Shown: positions 28,892 to 32,000 of the stretch, piece after piece | Layout of the letters: each line of letters starts with the position of its first letter | How positions within the stretch are numbered: position 1 is the stretch's first letter | From: Pseudothioglobus sp. nBUS_23 | GTDB taxonomy: Bacteria; Pseudomonadota; Gammaproteobacteria; PS1; Pseudothioglobaceae | Length of the DNA stretch: 32,000 nt | Assembly: GCF_051201565.1 (NCBI RefSeq) | Contig: NZ_CP179200.1 | Location: forward strand, 540,001 to 572,000 | Reading direction: 5' to 3' | The notes under the pieces: generated by a model | What the model was told of the DNA's origin: nothing | Database searches by the model: none | Seen by the model: only the letters and a program-made list of their open reading frames with translations | Translations under genes and position numbers: made by a program

Positions 28892-30289
28892 ATGTTTAAT
28901 AAGCGATTGACCGCCAAAGCGGTTCCTCTAACTGTCGTCCTTGGATCGGCAATTTTAATTTCAACATCTGCATTTGCTAGGTCAAATGTATATGCTGATT
29001 TTCCAATTACACTTAAAGATTACTCGGGTAGTTCAACAACGTCTGTTTCTTATAAGGGGCAAATGGCAAGACATGCTCTTGAGAGTTCACTCAAAAAACT
29101 TATTTCAAAAGGTGATATGAGTGCTATGCAGAGTTACTTCTCAGGTGATGATGCAAGCAGGGCTATTATTGCTCCTGCTACAAAAGGCGATTTTGTCATT
29201 AAGCAATCTACTATTGGAGAACTTTCTAATAAAAACTTAAGTGGTAAAACTTACAAAGGTCTAGTTCCTGGATGGGTTGGAAGTATGACTGGGCCTGAAG
29301 TAGTTGCATTTATGTTTGAAAAAGCTGCAGAATCTGAGGGTGGCTATGATCCTTCGCACGCTATGGATTATACTCAACTAGTTTCTAAGTTCTTGATGGG
29401 AGCTGTGACTTATAATCAAGCAGTAGATAATTATCTTGATGAAAAACTTGAAGCTGACAATAAACCAAACAACAAGCCTTATAAGGATGGTGCAGCATAC
29501 ACGGGTAAAGAGCATGTTTGGGATGAAGCGTTTGGTTACTTTGGAGCTCCTGCACACACATTAACTCTTACTGCTCAAAATGTCTATGATATTGCAAAGC
29601 AAAAAGACGCAGCTGTAGCTGACTACAACTATGATGGCAAGGTAGATCTTTATAACGAAATGGCTTTTGGACATGCTTACTATGCATCTTCATTTGACAA
29701 GGGTGGAAAAACAACTTACCTCCATGATATTGTTGGAGCGTACATGGATGGAAGAGACCTCATAACTTCAGTCAATGGACGTGCTTTGAGTGACTCCGAG
29801 CGCGATGAGTTAAAAGGTTATGCTCAAACAATTAAAACCAACTGGGAAAAAGTTATCGCTGAGGCCGTATTTAAGTATGCAGGCTCAACATACAAAGACA
29901 TGATGAAAATTGAAGCGATTCTAGAATCTGGTGGCGACGTATCTAAAGAATGGCGAAACTATTCTAAACATTGGGGCGAGCTAAAAGGTTTTGCTTTAGC
30001 TCTTCAGGTTGGTGGAAAAGACATGGGTGCAACCTCAGTTAAGCTAAATCGTTTGATTGGTTATAGTCCTCTTCTTTTAGGTAGCACGCAAGTTACTGGA
30101 ATAGACTCAAACGGTGAGTATATTCAGAGTGATTCAGAGACATGGGGCGGGTATATGGTCCATATGTTGAAAGTACAAAACCTCATGGTTGATGAATTTG
30201 GAGTAGTTGCCAGGTCAAATGATCAAACTGCAGGTTTGTCTGATTTAGTTAACTCTCTGGGGGCAAAATCTAGCGCGGAGAATGACTGA
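28892..30289 (+). CDS. secreted protein, DUF4856/imelysin-like (putative iron-regulated periplasmic protein)
   Basis: 465 aa. Sec signal peptide (MFNKRLTAKAVPLTVVLGSAILISTSAFA|RS, no lipobox Cys) and AAGGA Shine-Dalgarno. Motifs VSYKGQMARHAL, GKEHVWDEAFGYFG and KHWGELKGFALALQ resemble what I recall of DUF4856 and the HxxE sites of imelysin-type proteins. The family call is from memory only. Confidence 0.55.
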   Translation: MFNKRLTAKAVPLTVVLGSAILISTSAFARSNVYADFPITLKDYSGSSTTSVSYKGQMARHALESSLKKLISKGDMSAMQSYFSGDDASRAIIAPATKGDFVIKQSTIGELSNKNLSGKTYKGLVPGWVGSMTGPEVVAFMFEKAAESEGGYDPSHAMDYTQLVSKFLMGAVTYNQAVDNYLDEKLEADNKPNNKPYKDGAAYTGKEHVWDEAFGYFGAPAHTLTLTAQNVYDIAKQKDAAVADYNYDGKVDLYNEMAFGHAYYASSFDKGGKTTYLHDIVGAYMDGRDLITSVNGRALSDSERDELKGYAQTIKTNWEKVIAEAVFKYAGSTYKDMMKIEAILESGGDVSKEWRNYSKHWGELKGFALALQVGGKDMGATSVKLNRLIGYSPLLLGSTQVTGIDSNGEYIQSDSETWGGYMVHMLKVQNLMVDEFGVVARSNDQTAGLSDLVNSLGAKSSAEND

Positions 30290-31163
30290 TTTTTTTGCTA
30301 ACTTTATTAATCCAGAGAAACGCTTATTTATAGGGTATTTAATAAGCGCTGCTTTCATAGCAGTAATCTGGCTCAGAGTAATTAATAAAAAACCACTGAC
30401 AGAAATTGTCAGTGGTTTTTTTAGTACTCAGGTCTGGCTATCAAAGTCTGCATTAGCTGACTATAAACTAATGGTCATTAACCAGTTTTTTATAAAAATA
30501 CTAGCGCCAATACTAATTGGTCAACTGGCGCTTACAGTATTTATTTTTGAGAATATGCATTTCATATTTTCTAGACCCTCATCATCTATACCGGTTTGGA
30601 TGGTAATGATAATATTCACCACTGTTCTTTTTATTCTTGATGATTTCTCAAGGTATTTTTTGCACCGTTTAATGCACCGGGTTCCAATATTATGGCGGTT
30701 TCACAAGGCTCATCATTCTGCTACTAATCTAACTCCATTGACTGTTCTTAGGACTCATCCAATTGAGGCAATTCTTTTTAGTCTTAGAGCGGTCATTGTT
30801 CACTCATTATGCCTTGGCGTTTGTTTCTTTTTCTTTGCAGAAAGTGTGTCACTTATTGAAATTTTTGGTTCAAGTGCCTTTGTTGTAATATTTCATTCAT
30901 TAGGATCAAATTTAAGGCATTCACATGTCAATCTTAGTTATTGGAGTTGGCTAGAAAAGATTCTAGTTTCTCCCGCACAGCATCAATTGCATCATTCAAT
31001 CAATCCAAAACATTACGACTGTAACTTTGGCGCGGTTCTTGCAGTATGGGATAATATTGGTGGTAGTTGTATAGTGTCAGAAAAAAATCAAGACATTAAA
31101 TTTGGACTTAAAGACCAGTCTGAAAATGCGCACAAACTTAAAAACTTAATTATTGGGTCTTAA
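30282..31163 (+). CDS. fatty acid hydroxylase / sterol desaturase family integral membrane di-iron protein
   Basis: 293 aa, about 5 TM. Histidine boxes HRLMH, HKAHH, HSH and HQLHH, plus a C-terminal NFGAVLAVWD motif. The start overlaps the preceding gene by 8 nt. Confidence 0.8.
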   Translation: MTDFFANFINPEKRLFIGYLISAAFIAVIWLRVINKKPLTEIVSGFFSTQVWLSKSALADYKLMVINQFFIKILAPILIGQLALTVFIFENMHFIFSRPSSSIPVWMVMIIFTTVLFILDDFSRYFLHRLMHRVPILWRFHKAHHSATNLTPLTVLRTHPIEAILFSLRAVIVHSLCLGVCFFFFAESVSLIEIFGSSAFVVIFHSLGSNLRHSHVNLSYWSWLEKILVSPAQHQLHHSINPKHYDCNFGAVLAVWDNIGGSCIVSEKNQDIKFGLKDQSENAHKLKNLIIGS

Positions 31164-31218
31164 TATTTGCCTCAAGAGTTAAATAAATAACTTTTGACTT
31201 AATCCTGTGGAGTATCAA

Positions 31219-32000
31219 GTGAACAAAAAAGTATCAATCTTTTCGATAATAGTAATATCAATTTTATCAACATCTTTTTCAGCAGCAGTGCAAGCGGCAA
31301 GTAATGATATTCTGACAGTGTATAGCACAAGGAAAGAACACTTAATTAAGCCTTTATTTGATGCATTTACTGCGAAAACTGGAATAAAAGTAAAGTACCT
31401 TACTGGAAAGGGGGGTGCGTTAATAGAGCGCATTAAATTGGAAGGCAAAAAAACCAAGGCTGATTTATTTATGACAGTTGATGCTGGAAATCTTTGGTAT
31501 GCCGCATCTCAAAATTTATTTCAACCAGTAAGTAGTGAAATCATTAAAAATAATATTCCTGAGCATCTTCGAGATCCTGAAGGTCTTTGGAGTGGCTTAT
31601 CGGTTAGAGCAAGGACAATAATCTATAGCACTGAAAGAGTTAATCCAAGTGAGTTATCAACTTATCAAGATTTAGCAAATAAAAAATGGAAAGGCAAACT
31701 TTGTTTGAGAACAAGTAAGAAAGTATATACAAAGTCTCTTGTATCCTCACTAATCCATCATGATGGAATGGAAAAAACAACTGATGTAGTGAGGGGCTGG
31801 GTTGATAACCTTGCTGCCACTCCTCACGCTGAAGATGTTCATATAATGACTTCAATCCTAGCGGGCCAGTGTGATGTGGGAATTGTAAATAGCTACTATT
31901 TTGGAAGACTGCAAGCAGAGGATCCGAACGCTCCCCTTAAACTCTTTTGGGCTAATCAAAATACTACTGGAACGCATGTTAATGTTTCAGGAGCTGGAGT
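31219..32000 (+). CDS. Fe(III) ABC transporter periplasmic substrate-binding protein (FutA/IdiA/FbpA family), N-terminal ~260 aa; continues past window
   Basis: Not in the ORF track because it has no stop in the window. GTG 31219 follows GGAG at 31209-31212. Signal peptide MNKKVSIFSIIVISILSTSFSAAVQA|A, then LTVYSTRKEHLIKPLFDAFTAKTGIKV..., DLFMTVDAGNLW, GLSVRARTIIY, STYQDLANKKWKGKLCLRTS, VNSYYFGRL, GTHVNVSGAG, all typical of FutA/IdiA-type iron-binding proteins. Confidence 0.85.
   Translation, partial: MNKKVSIFSIIVISILSTSFSAAVQAASNDILTVYSTRKEHLIKPLFDAFTAKTGIKVKYLTGKGGALIERIKLEGKKTKADLFMTVDAGNLWYAASQNLFQPVSSEIIKNNIPEHLRDPEGLWSGLSVRARTIIYSTERVNPSELSTYQDLANKKWKGKLCLRTSKKVYTKSLVSSLIHHDGMEKTTDVVRGWVDNLAATPHAEDVHIMTSILAGQCDVGIVNSYYFGRLQAEDPNAPLKLFWANQNTTGTHVNVSGAG

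Noticed and set aside
31215-31457. 80-aa minus-strand ORF (and 31640-31855) at the window end
   Set aside because: The plus strand here encodes a clear FutA/FbpA-type iron-binding protein with signal peptide and RBS. The minus-strand ORFs are antisense artefacts.

Overview
AT-rich, very tightly packed (well over 90% coding by eye) chromosomal segment from a streamlined proteobacterium. DnaK, SelO and SbmA look gamma/beta-proteobacterial. Most of the window is ordinary housekeeping: aroB (3' end), gatCAB, selO, an M50 protease, proS, psd, an SbmA/BacA-like transporter, a CorB/CNNM-like protein, eno, dnaJ, dnaK, coaD, rsmD, rnd, an ntrY/ntrX-like two-component pair fused by overlapping codons to trkA-trkH, a membrane pyrophosphatase, an EamA transporter, a diaminopropionate ammonia-lyase-like enzyme and an M24 hydrolase. 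I found no tRNA/rRNA, CRISPR, transposase, integrase or recognisable defence genes, and no intergenic gap exceeds about 150 bp. The only accessory-looking part is the last ~4 kb. It has two strong palindromic Fur boxes, a short ABC ATPase, a secreted DUF4856/imelysin-like protein translationally coupled to a membrane di-iron fatty-acid-hydroxylase-family protein, and then a FutA/FbpA-type Fe(III)-binding protein that runs off the window. That Fur-controlled coupled pair is my best candidate for an undescribed iron-related module. Secondary oddities: an NtrX-like regulator with no AAA+ domain, an rsmD with no canonical start codon, and a pyrophosphatase whose signature residues suggest a K+-dependent, Na+-pumping type next to the Trk K+ uptake genes. 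All family calls come from reading motifs by eye; no searches were run.
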